Positions 35,401 to 46,732 of a DNA stretch of 64,000 nt are shown here, piece by piece. The first letter of the stretch is position 1. Every line of letters begins with the position of its first letter. The DNA lies in contig OZ374558.1 in assembly GCA_977862235.1 (NCBI GenBank), forward strand, positions 2,108,001 through 2,172,000. Reading direction: 5' to 3'. The stretch comes from Dudresnaya verticillata (taxonomy: Eukaryota). Under the pieces are notes generated by a model, which searched no databases, was not told where the DNA came from, and saw only the letters and a program-made list of their open reading frames with translations. Position numbers and translations under genes: made by a program.

Positions 35401-36644
35401 CGTCCTCGTGTTCGAGACCTTGAAGAATAACATCATTGCTACGGAATCCTGATACAGTACAGATTCCTTGGCCGTTGGTATCTGTCTCGAAGATAACGCG
35501 ATGTCCCTGCTTGCGAAGACGACTAACTGAGATCAGATTGCACATCAGTCCTGGAACATGTAGGACATTGGTCATTCGGATGTTGACATCACGGTCGCCG
35601 ACTTTCGCGACACACAACAAGTCACCAATGGCAACAACTGGAGATTGGTTGCCGTTCCCTACCATTACAGATGATGGGCTTTGACTGATACTGGGTAATG
35701 AAGTGCTCTGAGTTGTTCGTCATATGCGAGGAACAACCAGAATCAATATACCATTCATAAGGTGGCGAGGCAAGGACAGTAGTGTTTGCGGTTGCACATT
35801 TTGAGATGAACGTGATGTAATTTGACCCACTAGTAGCGGTGTTAGCATAATTTGCTGCTTCTGTCTCCTTCTGTTTCGAGCGCGGGTCGCGGAAGCTGCC
35901 TTGTGGTTTTCCATTTGCAGCACGAGGTCGATAGCGAGGGCTCTCTGGATTATCAAAACAGTCGGGCTTGATATGACCGAGTCGTCCACAGTAGTGGCAT
36001 TTCTTCTTTCTGTTTTGTGTTGCTGCTAATGCAGTAGAGCTTTCTCCATTTGCCGCGTCGTCTTGCAAAATGTTGATTTCCTCAAGGACGAGTTGCGATA
36101 TACATTCTTCATACTTTGTGCCTGAGATCATCATTACTTTCTTCACAACATGATACTCCTCTCGAAGTCCTCGTAGTAAGGCCCTTTTGCGATCTCACTC
36201 AGATATTGGATGTCCAACTGATGTTAACTTATGCTCCAGGTTAGTCAACCGATTTACGTAGCTCATAATATTCTCCGTCGGTAGCATGGTAACTGTCTGG
36301 TACTGTGTCAGATAGGCATCAATTGATGCCTCCGAAATAACTTGAAACATAGACTCAAGAGTGTCCCAAACTTGCTTAGCGTCTCGTAAGCCAATTACAC
36401 GGGCGCTAATTGAGTCGTCCACAGTGAGTAGTAAGTTTGTAAGAGCAACATCATGGCGACGTTGAAACTTTTCACCTTCATCGACGGAGGCACCTTCCGG
36501 CTTCTTCTCGGTGCCTGACACGATTCCCCAGAGCCCCTTGGCACGAAGTACTAACTCGATTTTACGAGACCATATGTAGTAGTTCTGGGATGTAAGCTTC
36601 TCAATACGATAGCGAGAGAGGTCTGTCCCACTTTCAGAATCCAT
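32495..36644 (-). pseudogene. Copia gag-pol with one in-frame TGA (36195-36197) and one frameshift (~35670)
   Basis: Gag IEKLTSQNYYIW; CHYCGRLGHIKPDC; protease WYIDSGCSSHMT; LWHERLGH...CDSC; LVHSDLVGP, MRTDNGGEF, SNGKAE; YRARLVAKGF, LVYVDDML; FTDSDFAG, SSVEAEY, RTKHIDIKYHF. Confidence 0.95.
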
Positions 36645-36747
36645 GTTGTGGGAAGACTGACGAAAAAAGCGAAACGACGAGTTGTTACGAAACGATAGAC
36701 GGTACGACAAGCGCAGATAGAATTGCGCGTACTAAAACCCCATAACC

Positions 36748-37017
36748 TGTTAGATTTGTGTGTTGTGGTACCAACCAGTCTGGGCTACTCCCTGTTTCTG
36801 GCTGGTCTTTATACGGTAAGCAAAGCCCTACTACTACATTTTCGAACCTTTGCTTGAACGGCAGGAGAGTCCTCTCCGGGTGATAATTCCGGGGGAGTCT
36901 CCTGAAGAGCAGGACCGGAGAGTTTCTGCACTTCTGTCATTGTCAGGTAAACTGCATTGTTGTGGTGCATGTTGACCGTGATGAGTTCGTGTCACATTGA
37001 ACATCATTGTGCCAACA
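36748..37017 (-). repeat. Copia 5' LTR
   Basis: 270 bp TG...CA, followed on the minus strand by the PBS. Confidence 0.97.
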
Positions 37018-37128
37018 AGGGTATCTAGAGGAACAATTGTTTGTCTCTACTTCTATCCCACGTGCGCTGTAACATGCGAGCATTACCTTCGTTACCATAC
37101 GCCTTGGAGCATGAACCCAGGAACATCA

Positions 37129-37566
37129 TTAAAATGACGCGCTCTCTTCGGTATCAGTATCATCGTCATCGAAACGCCAGATAGCCACGTCAAGATCCAC
37201 GATCTCAGACTTCCTGGACTCGTCACAGTACAAAACCAAAAACTGATTCGTCATGTAGGCAAATGTCGAGAAGAGTATTGCACGGTAGAACCGCTTATGC
37301 TTAAGACAATAAATCCTGACCATGTCGTTCGTGAGGGGCCTTTGTTTGGCGGGACCTTCATTTTCTTCCTTCCTTTCATTCTGGGCATCCATCTTGACCG
37401 CCAAGACCGACAGACGATTCTTGAGCTTACTAGAATGCTCAGAACTGGACGTTGTGTTCGGGCAGGACTTCTTGATGTTCCCGGAATGCGTTCCCCTCAG
37501 ACTCAATGCCGGAGAAGTGTCCCTTCTGTCGTTGCGCGAGCAGTAGACCTCATTCTTGTCGTTCAT
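37129..37566 (-). CDS. Small ORF with a possible Tudor-like domain (unit 1 copy)
   Basis: VRIYCLKHKRFYRAIL...FLVLYCDESRKSEIVDLDVAIWRF resembles MSH6/PDS5-type Tudor pattern (VYW..D..FY...V.YDDG..E.LDL....W.F); may be a pseudogene. Confidence 0.4.
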   Translation of the reverse strand: MNDKNEVYCSRNDRRDTSPALSLRGTHSGNIKKSCPNTTSSSEHSSKLKNRLSVLAVKMDAQNERKEENEGPAKQRPLTNDMVRIYCLKHKRFYRAILFSTFAYMTNQFLVLYCDESRKSEIVDLDVAIWRFDDDDTDTEESASF

Positions 37567-40500
37567 CGTGAAATGCAGGACTCCTTTTTTATCCGCAGTT
37601 ATTTTGGTTGGAGTGGTTGTTCAACGGCACAGGGATTTTCAGTGGGAAGGCAAACAGTTGTTGAGAAAGGGCGCGAAGACGGACGGTCTACGCTTCGAGG
37701 CGGAAGGGAGAGCCGCCTTCATTTGGATTTCCAAAGAAGGCCATTTGGCATACCATCAATATGACGTTGATATTTTTAGTAAAAAAGCCATAAAAGTTCC
37801 CTCAAAAATCTCAGGATTGCGTTCGCCGCCCGATGGCATTTCGATCTTTTCGTACGCCGCTTGGGCACCGCTCCTATCGCTCGCGCAGCCTTCCCGACGC
37901 CCTTCGAAAGCCACTCCCATTCTCCGCTCAAACCTCTCCTTTCGTGCCGCATTCTTCCTCCCGGTGCCACCCTCTCCACACCGCCGGCTTTCCGCATGGA
38001 CATCCCGTCCGTCACGCCGCCCTTCTTTCGGCGCATCTCTGTCAATAATCTCATGCCCGCGCTGCAGGCAGCCTTCAACGTAGTTGGCGCGGCCGATCCT
38101 TCCTCAGCCATGCCCATGCCGACGTCGCGGCGTACGTCTGTGGCATTGTGCGCGAGCTCGCGCAGCGCATTTATCTTGTACAGATACTGTTCTTTGCGGT
38201 GGGCATGCCCCAAGGATCACGCAGTTTGCTTTCATTCACTTTTGGGCAAACATCGCTTCGCTCCGTTGCCACCAAGAGCAGGCAGGCCGCGAACATCCGG
38301 GTTACTCTCAGCACTGCGCTAGAAATCCCCCTCTTCCAAGATCTGGCGCATTTGAGAACTGCCCAAGCAGCTTGAAGCAGATTCATTCCCTAATAGAAGG
38401 AGGACCCGAGTGCACGATGGTGAACAGCAATGTTTTGCCTAAGGGCATCAGGACGACATCGGTTTTCGCGCCGCTGAGGGCACGATGCAGCAAAGTCAGG
38501 GGGCAGGCAACTCTCCGGGATATCACCTCGAAAATCCAAGATTTCTCAGTTTGATGGCATCCAGCTGAGCAAGACTCCGTCATAATCCTTTGCATTCTTT
38601 GCGAGTCACTGTTGTATCCGGACCAGCAAAGCAGGGAAAAACACGACGCGCACTCTACATATGGAAATGATGAAGGCCGAAGCGAACAGGATGCGTCCCA
38701 GCGAATGCTTAAATGGTGACGAAGAGCTCAGAACAGTCTTACGAAATCGAACTCATATCTGCTTCAGCGTTTCGTTCGAATCAACGTCTGTGACGCTGCC
38801 GGTGTACAGGAACTGCCCAAATCCCTCAAGACGCATATCTGCAGTGATTTGCCCACATTTGTCGACGCACTATCGTTGGAGCCGTAGAAACCCGTAGAAA
38901 CCCGTCGAGAGCTTTGGAGTTGTGCTTGGTAGCTGCGTTGCAACAGCTGACTTTGACCTCGGTGGTACTCTGCAGCTCAAAACTTGACAACATCTCTCCG
39001 GTGCTGTAGACAGGCAGATGGTTCATCGAGGGCGTTCCAATCTCGATCTGAAGAGGTTCGGCAGGTCATGAAGGAGTAGAATACGATCATTACGTGGTAT
39101 TCTAGATCGGCTCTGAATATGAACTGATTGTGGCCTTGCGGTAGAGCTCGGAAGGCACACGGAGGAAAACAAGATGTTGAAGTTCTGCTTTTGCTGCAGA
39201 TGAAGAAACGCATTGCCGCCGCTTGTTCCAATTGCCGTCGCATGTGCGACTCGTGCCAAATCATGTTCGATACATTTTCGGCTCTTGTGGAACCTTCTTG
39301 ATCTAGCGCCTTGGGTCAGACAGGAACTGTTGAAGGGAACCAGAATCCAGAAACAGCTGCAGTTCAAGGCATGGGGCACGTTTATTCGTGACGACATCTC
39401 TCCGCGGCCGTGCACATTTGATATCGTCGGGGAGCAACATAACACATTTCCGAAACCCAGCAGATGTATGATGGAAGATGTGATGTTGTATGTGTAGCAG
39501 TATGCTATCCATCGATGCAAAAGCAGGAGCTGTCGCTTTTTCTTGTAGCTCTCAAGTATCTAGCTGTGGAACGCGATGCTGACAAGTCCGTTCATGAGGA
39601 GCAGGGATATACTTTCTTGTGAAGGTTCCATGGTACAGCGAAAGCGAGGGAGAAGAGAAGGCACGGAAACATCTGCAGACACATTGGACTGAACGAGATC
39701 AAATGCGTGAGCCCAATCCGTGACCCACGGGATGCCATCATGTCAACACCCAGTTACAGAAGAAGTCGTTTAAGATGGTTGTGCCTCGCTTGCCGAAGTC
39801 ACAGTCACTGGAAGTTCCTTTTCTTTTTGTGGCCTGGAAGCAGCTTAGTAGAGCTCCTCATCACCCCCTATAAAGTTCCCCATTCTTCTCTTTAGAGTTT
39901 TAAATTGTTGATCTCGATGATGTGCACAACTCGAGAGTGAATAACAGAACCCGGACGGGCGCAGGGCAGGCAAACGAAAATCTATCTTTGACAGAACACC
40001 CCTCAATTCCTTTCATTTCTGGGTCAAATGCCCAACTCGATTAGTACACAAGTTTGTTGCTTCCTGACCGATCCCGAAATCATTCACATCCACATTAACA
40101 CCGCTTGATGCAACTGAAGGAGGCCGCCAGAGAACGAAGCGATGCGCTATCTCATCCACGAGCCGGTAGCAGCTGTTTGGTAGAAGCATGTGAAAAGTAT
40201 TTGGATGCTCGGTTGAGCATTGGAATCTGTAGCATACGCAGCTAGCCACAGTGAGGAAACTGCGATCTTACTATTTGGATTCGCTGTGTATGACGCCATC
40301 CATAGCTGAAAGCATCTCAAGGAGATAGAGTATTGTTGTGATGAATCCCGGGATCGGAGCGGACAGAGCGGGACCCTTGTGATTTATCAGAGGGATGCGG
40401 CGATTGGCAGTTCTTCTCAAGAGCTCTCTTCGTGGTTCTCCACAATCCTTACCTCCCGTCTATTCTCCAACGGCGTCCGGAATCTTACAACTGCCCGGTG

Positions 40501-42519
40501 CAAGCGAAAGAGTCTTTCCGTGACTCAGACCCTCTCCGGGAGTTATAACTGCTTGTATACATGCACATTTGGCAAGCAGTCAGCACTGATCACGGCGGCG
40601 TGTAAATGGGGTAAACGTCACTTTACGAAGAAGACCTTTATTAAAGAACAAGAGAGAAGCCGAAAGCGATTTTTGTATATGAGAGAGAGAGACCTTTATT
40701 AAAGAACAAGAGAGAGAAGCCCCTTAAGGGGGATTAGGATACAGAGCTGAGCTACCGTAAAGAGGCGGAGGAGCAAGCTTGCGGCAGTTGACACTCACCG
40801 CGACGCATTGGAGAACATTTGTATATGGAGAAAATAAGCGAACGTAGAAACCAAGCTTCCCCGACCTGGCAGCGACCACATAAAAGTGAGCGCTCTGCGC
40901 AGTTGTGCAGGATGTAATGCTAGAGCCGCTGGCTTCGCAGGGACGCAATATGGAGGTGCAAAGCACTTGGGATTGAGAAATATACCGTGAGGCGTGCTGA
41001 GGCGTGCTGAGGCGCGCAGAGATGCGCTGAGCGACGGAGGCGGTTCGGAAGACGACGTGCTTCGAACTTGAGCCAATCAGACGGTGCAGATCTTCCTGTT
41101 AAGACACCTGTCGCACAATATGTCCAACCAAATGTGCCCATTGCGGGACGGCGCATGTGCTCCGCTTGACACCGCTGCCGGCGGAAAATGCACCGCCGCG
41201 GGAGAAGAAGAAACAGACAGAAAAGAACGGCCGAGGCGCCGGCGACAAAAGCAACTTGCGCGCCCTGTGTCGCTGTGAGGAAATGCACCACGTTTGCGTT
41301 TATTTCTCAACCGCTCCGTGTCCGCTGTGCTGCAGTCGCTCAAACGCGTCACACCTGCCGCCGTCCCACTCTATGCAGCAACACCGAATCCCGATTCCGG
41401 CACCCCACGCCAGTGTGCTGAACCGAGAAAGCCCTCAACACATCCGCGCGCATCCGCTCATCCGATCCTCGCGCATCGGCGCTATGTTCGCCCACCCGCG
41501 GCATGCGCTGCTCACTCGGCCGATCGCCCCTCCAGCACTTGACGCCAATTCAACCACCGAGCGCGCACCGCCCTCTGCAGTTCCCACCTCACTGCTCTTC
41601 TTTCCTGCCCCGCCCAACCCCACTGAGGCCGGGGCTTAAGGCGCAGCAGCGGTGTTTCCCGCCCAGCGCACGATACCCCAACGGATCTACGGGCTCGAAC
41701 CACACATCTTGCGACACCTTCCCATCAGGAAGCCAACGCCTTCTTCAAAATATTCGTCTCGACGCAGAACCAGGATGTATCTTTGCGAACAATGTCCCCG
41801 ACCGCATTGATTCTGCAGCGCGATTGGAATCGGCACCAGATCGTGAGCAGCTGCCTTCCTCTCTCCGTGCCGGATCGATGAAGAAGTCCCTCCCTCTACG
41901 CAGGAGGGGCGCCAGGATCACACTTTGTGGAATGCGCATTTCGGCCATATCGAAACGCATCTTTCCTGGGAGGTGGTCTTCGAGATAGTGGTGATACTGG
42001 AGCTTGTCCTGCGCTAGCTCCGTCTGACCTGCTTCGAGAAACGGCGGGAGAAGTATAGCTGTTAGCGTCCTTTTGTCCGGATTTGGAGCGTCGGTCATGA
42101 TGAACAAGGTTTGGTGCATCTCGGCGACCAGGTTGCGCGGATCCAAGAAGTTCGATTTTGTTCGGTCCAATTCTGTCGATAGACGGCTGTGTTTGGTGGG
42201 GTGATCTTCATCGGTCATCTTGGTTGTTGGGCAGTGGGAGGTGCGTGCCTGTACTTCTATCCCGCGTGCGCAGTAACAGGCGAGCATTAACTTCGTTACC
42301 ATACGCCTTGGAGCATAAACCCAAGCACATCATTGACAAGACGCGCTCTCTTCGGTATTATCGTCATCGAAACGCCAGATGGTCACGTCAAGATCCATGA
42401 TCTCAGACTTCCTGGACTCTTCGCAGTAGAAAAACAAAAACTGATTCGTCATGTAGGCAAATATCGAGAAGAGAGAGAGACCTTTATTAAACAACAAGAG
42501 AGAAGCCCCTTAAGGGGGC

Positions 42520-45500
42520 TTAGGATTCAGAGCTACCATAAAGAGGCGGAGGAGCAAGCTTGCGGCGGTTGACACTCACCGCCACGCATTGGAGAACTAA
42601 AGAGAGTAAACGAGTAGTGAGGCGAAGTTTCTCCGTAGACGGAGAGGTCCCGCGCTTGCTGGCAATGAAGTTAGCAATACGTTGGGCGCCAACTTCAAAG
42701 CCAGATCCAACACGGCCATAGACATCTACAACCATAGGATGGATAACCATATCCAAACTAGCGCACACGCGGCGGTAATGAGAGCGTTTGACACGTTCGC
42801 GAGCTGCAATGGCTTGGCCAGCAACGCGACCAGTGGAACCATGAATAGAATGGGGACTGACGACCGAGACATCAAATCCATGGGGGTGAGGGGCAAAGCC
42901 ACGATCATCAACGAAAATATCCATACGCAGTTGGTCACGTGGATCAACAGGCTGTGGGGGACCACCAGAAGCAGCATGACGCTCGTCACGTATGCGTTCA
43001 GCACGTGTTCGGGCAGCGTTGGGGACAGAGCTACGGGGCCCATGCTCATCCGAATAAGTGAAACGATGCTCAACTTCAACGCGCACGCCATGGGGGCGGG
43101 CGATAGTCTGAAATAAGACACTTAAACGATCCCGAAGATGATCATGACGGCGAATCGTGCCCTCACGAGAAGAACAGACCGTAGCATGATGCCCATAAAC
43201 ATCAAGAAGAGGGGGAACAGAAGCGGTACCATCAACACAACGGGGGCATGGGTCATCTCCACTGAAGATGGGAAGTCCAAGTCGTAGCTGGATCATTGAT
43301 ATCCAAACTTCAGGTTCGACCCGAGTACCATGGAAGGAGGAAGGTACAGCGGCAAATGCGCGCGCAGAACTGGCCGTGCAGGTAGATTGCAGACGAAGAC
43401 GACAGCGAAGATCATCACTAGAGTTGGATGACGGGGTCACAGAGGCCAAAACCACGGCATTAATAGAAGAAAAAAGCTCATGATGCACAGACCCGGGAGA
43501 CCTTGAGTCATGAGGAGTAGCATGGAAAGAATTCAAGAACGTGGTTACATCATTAAGTCGGGCTTGACACTGTTTGCCAACAGAAGAGCGTAGACGGCCT
43601 AGGGAAGGCCCAAGGGTGTTGTCAGCAGGGAAGGGAAAAGGACCAAGAACTGTCCGGATGGTAGACATGCTTGAACCGAGAGACGCTAAATAGCTGAGAT
43701 CCACCACAGCGGAAGCTCTAGTCAGTCCTAGGCCACCAGATCGCAGCGGTAGAGAACTGAGCTTCCAAATCGAATCGGTTAAGAGACAATGAGTTGCTTC
43801 AAACACCCGTCGCATTCCAAGGTCGTGGGACACGGCAATGGAAGAGGTTAAGTGCGGAGGGGTAGTTCGGAGCAGGTAGGATAGTTTTGATACACCAGCA
43901 CAGAAGCGTAGAAGGTGAAAGACAAGTTGAGGGTCACTGAGAGAAAGTAAACGATCCCAGAGTAGAGCCACGGACTGTAGTTTCTTCGTCAAGATAGCCT
44001 TACAGGCATTGTCAGCCCCAATAGGGGAACCTAGAACCTCAATGGCAGCATTTCGGTTAACATCGCATGGTAAATTACGAAGAGGGGAAGAGCGTAGGCG
44101 AGGCAGAAGAGGCCACCACGCGTCAGACTTATGGGAACCAAGCTGCACATGAAAACCATAAGAAGAACCTCGATCGGAGAGAAAATGTAGGACTTCTGCA
44201 GCAGACGAAATGGGAAGCACGATATACAAATCGTCGGCATAAGCCGTAATAAGCTTAATGCTGCTAAATCTGGAGGCAACAGCACAAAGAAGCGGTTGTA
44301 GAGCAATACAAAAAATAAGCATGCTCAACGGGTCACCCTGCTGGGTACCTGTATGGCTGAACAGGGTGAACTCTCCGAACAGAAGTCTAGGTGATGCAGT
44401 ATAGAGGTAATGAACCATCTTAGAAATTCCTGGAACATGGGAAATAACTTCCCGTAAGAAATGAGCTCGCTCAATGCTATTAAAGGCATTCTTAGCATCG
44501 ATGCGAAGCAAAACGAGGGATTCAGTACGATGAGATGCAATAAAGGCTCGTAGGGAATGAATGATGGCCTCGGCTCCATTTGGGGTACCAACAGCGAGTT
44601 GAAAAGGACGTAGATACGATATCACAGCAGGATCCTTGGATGCACGTTGAGCAAGAAGACGGCATACAAAACGCCGAATAATGCAACCCATAGCTATGGG
44701 ACGTAGGGATCCTGGTTTTGACTTTGGAATACCAATCAGGAGGGCGCTAGCAAACCACGGGCTGAACGAAGATGGGAGACGGCCAGCAGCGCATTTGTTC
44801 ACAAAGGCAGTGAGAGCAGTTAAGGCAGAGCGACTTGGCTCCGTACCGCCAGGTGGGTGAGCAAGAAGTCTTAGAAGACTGGGACGAAGGCCATCTGGGC
44901 CTGGGGAGGAATGATACGGGAGAAACCGCAAGGCCCGGCGAATATCAGACTCAGGGAAGTCGTATGCAGGAGGTAGGGAAGAATAGCAATGTGGAAGAAC
45001 CGCTTCAACAGGGGCTGGATGAAGCGCCTCCATGGCAGGGAGGGTAGAAGAATTTGGGAGTACCGGAGGTGTTGTAGAGCAGAGTGCAGCAGCTGCTTTG
45101 CTAAGAGCTCCATCAGAGCATAGTTGACGGCAGCGCCGGGACGGATCCGAAGGAATGTGAAGTGAGGCTGTGGGAAGAGATGGGAAAGCAGAAGTGGCAG
45201 ATTCCCATAGATCATGCCACCGACCTAGAAGAGCTAGACGAATGCGTGCGCGCAACATTCGAGTGAGCGTGCGACGATGCGAATTTCGCGGTTCGCCCGC
45301 TCCGTTCTTACGAATAACAAGCTTTCCTACCGCCAAAATGCGAGAAAGGCTTTCCTCAAGAGCGCTTGGCGTATGAGCAGATACAAAAGACGAGAACAAT
45401 TGAAATAGGAGGTTGTCCCAGTCTGCCCGAAGCGTATTTGGCAGAAACTTAATTGTGGGGATCGGTAAAGGGAAGAGGAGTTCTGGTCGAGGACAAGGGT

Positions 45501-45525
45501 CGAACTGAAGTGGTGCATTTGACAT
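42520..45525 (-). CDS. ORF2: reverse transcriptase + CCHC knuckle + restriction-like endonuclease
   Basis: SPGPDGL, LRPIAMG, QLAVGTPNGAEAIIH, IDAKNAFNSIER, GTQQGDPLS, AYADDL, VLGSPIG, LPLRSGGLGL, CPRC...HATVC, RHD, RMD...FDVSV...K. Confidence 0.97.
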   Translation of the reverse strand: MSNAPLQFDPCPRPELLFPLPIPTIKFLPNTLRADWDNLLFQLFSSFVSAHTPSALEESLSRILAVGKLVIRKNGAGEPRNSHRRTLTRMLRARIRLALLGRWHDLWESATSAFPSLPTASLHIPSDPSRRCRQLCSDGALSKAAAALCSTTPPVLPNSSTLPAMEALHPAPVEAVLPHCYSSLPPAYDFPESDIRRALRFLPYHSSPGPDGLRPSLLRLLAHPPGGTEPSRSALTALTAFVNKCAAGRLPSSFSPWFASALLIGIPKSKPGSLRPIAMGCIIRRFVCRLLAQRASKDPAVISYLRPFQLAVGTPNGAEAIIHSLRAFIASHRTESLVLLRIDAKNAFNSIERAHFLREVISHVPGISKMVHYLYTASPRLLFGEFTLFSHTGTQQGDPLSMLIFCIALQPLLCAVASRFSSIKLITAYADDLYIVLPISSAAEVLHFLSDRGSSYGFHVQLGSHKSDAWWPLLPRLRSSPLRNLPCDVNRNAAIEVLGSPIGADNACKAILTKKLQSVALLWDRLLSLSDPQLVFHLLRFCAGVSKLSYLLRTTPPHLTSSIAVSHDLGMRRVFEATHCLLTDSIWKLSSLPLRSGGLGLTRASAVVDLSYLASLGSSMSTIRTVLGPFPFPADNTLGPSLGRLRSSVGKQCQARLNDVTTFLNSFHATPHDSRSPGSVHHELFSSINAVVLASVTPSSNSSDDLRCRLRLQSTCTASSARAFAAVPSSFHGTRVEPEVWISMIQLRLGLPIFSGDDPCPRCVDGTASVPPLLDVYGHHATVCSSREGTIRRHDHLRDRLSVLFQTIARPHGVRVEVEHRFTYSDEHGPRSSVPNAARTRAERIRDERHAASGGPPQPVDPRDQLRMDIFVDDRGFAPHPHGFDVSVVSPHSIHGSTGRVAGQAIAARERVKRSHYRRVCASLDMVIHPMVVDVYGRVGSGFEVGAQRIANFIASKRGTSPSTEKLRLTTRLLSLVLQCVAVSVNRRKLAPPPLYGSSES

Positions 45526-46732
45526 TATGCGTTGGGAATCATTGCGACGTCTGTCGATTGTTGTCCTAGATCAGTTGATGCGGGTAACGCATCCGGGGAA
45601 GGCGAGGATTCATCAGAAGCATTTCGAGGGAGAACACGGACGAAACCGTCGGCATCAGGAGAAGATAGGCGACGATATACCCTCCGGCGCTTTGCACCAA
45701 TATTCGGGTAGTCTGCAGGGGGTTGAGGCAACGGATGGGTATCATGACCCCACTGAGAAAGACGTTCTTGAAGCAAAGCATGAGTGGAGCGGAGAGCAGC
45801 AGAAAAATACGGCGCGGGGCCCCACTTGCTAGCCGAGGTCTCCAGGCGCGTAATCTCATTTTGCAACGGAAGGAAAACAGAGTTAACTGCATCGACAGTA
45901 TTTAAGGAGTTGTGAAGGTCCGTGATTGCAGAGAATTCCAATGTCGGTACTATAGAGTTGTCAGCATGTTTCGCCAGATCCGTGAATGCCTTATATGCTG
46001 GCTGTAGTGATTCAAGATCACGGGCTGCAGCGACGACATAAAAACCGCAGGATCTGTAGTGCGAAGGATGGAGCAGGGGCCAGGAAATCCACCTTGATGT
46101 ATAGCTCGGCGGAATTCAGCTGGATGTTCGATGATATCGGTCTCTTGCGCAGTCGAAACTCGGACAACACGTTTTTCATTTCCCCCGAATAGACGACGAT
46201 TAGTACGACGAACATTTCCCGCGAACTTATGCGTAAGAGCCGCGTGAGGTGGGATACACTGTAGATCGAGCCCGTTCCGACCGAGGAGGGGCAAGCGCCC
46301 TACGGGCGTAGGCTTCTGAGTCGCCCGAACAGCATTAAGATATGATTTTGAAGCAGAACGTCCGGGTTCAGAGTCAGGAACCGGTGCAGAACGCGGCACA
46401 CAGGCTTCAACAGGGGTGGACGGAGGGACCGCACTTGACACAGCCGGACCAGTAGTAGAAGCAGGGACAGGTCCAGAGAGGTTTAGAAAGACACGAAGAA
46501 GAGATTTAAAGTGCAGATTGTGTTGAAATGTCGAGATAAGAGCCTTAACGCGAGGTAGTTCAGAGATCTGGAGAAGGAAGGTGTCTAAGGCATTTTCATT
46601 TCCGAGATCGACCACGGGATCCAATAAAGAGGCGGATAGTGCAATAAAATCGACGGTGGCATGCGTGAGAGAGACGAAAGCTTCTTGTTGGACATTTTGG
46701 AGCGAACGACGAGTATGATTGGCTGAAGGCAT
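45525..46732 (-). pseudogene. ORF1, copy 1, broken by a 1-bp homopolymer deletion at ~46040
   Basis: A5 here versus A6 at 56824-56829; could be a sequencing/assembly error. Confidence 0.75.

Larger units (their letters stand above)
32212..37017 (-). mobile_element. Ty1/copia LTR retrotransposon, full length (4,806 bp), coding-defective
   Basis: 270-bp TG...CA LTRs; PBS GGTTATGGG; PPT GAGGGGGAA; order gag-PR-IN-RT-RNaseH. Confidence 0.98.

Noticed and set aside
35660..36200. Programmed readthrough/frameshift in copia gag-pol
   Set aside because: The stop lies inside gag and the shift inside the protease, not at a gag/pol boundary; most simply inactivating mutations
37600..40200. Protein-coding or structural RNA gene in the rest of the array unit
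   Set aside because: Only short ORFs with no motif I recognise; no rRNA, 5S, snRNA or spliced-leader signature seen; needs BLAST/Infernal
46035..46050. Programmed frameshift in ORF1
   Set aside because: Copy 2 is open; a 1-bp homopolymer difference fits mutation or sequencing error
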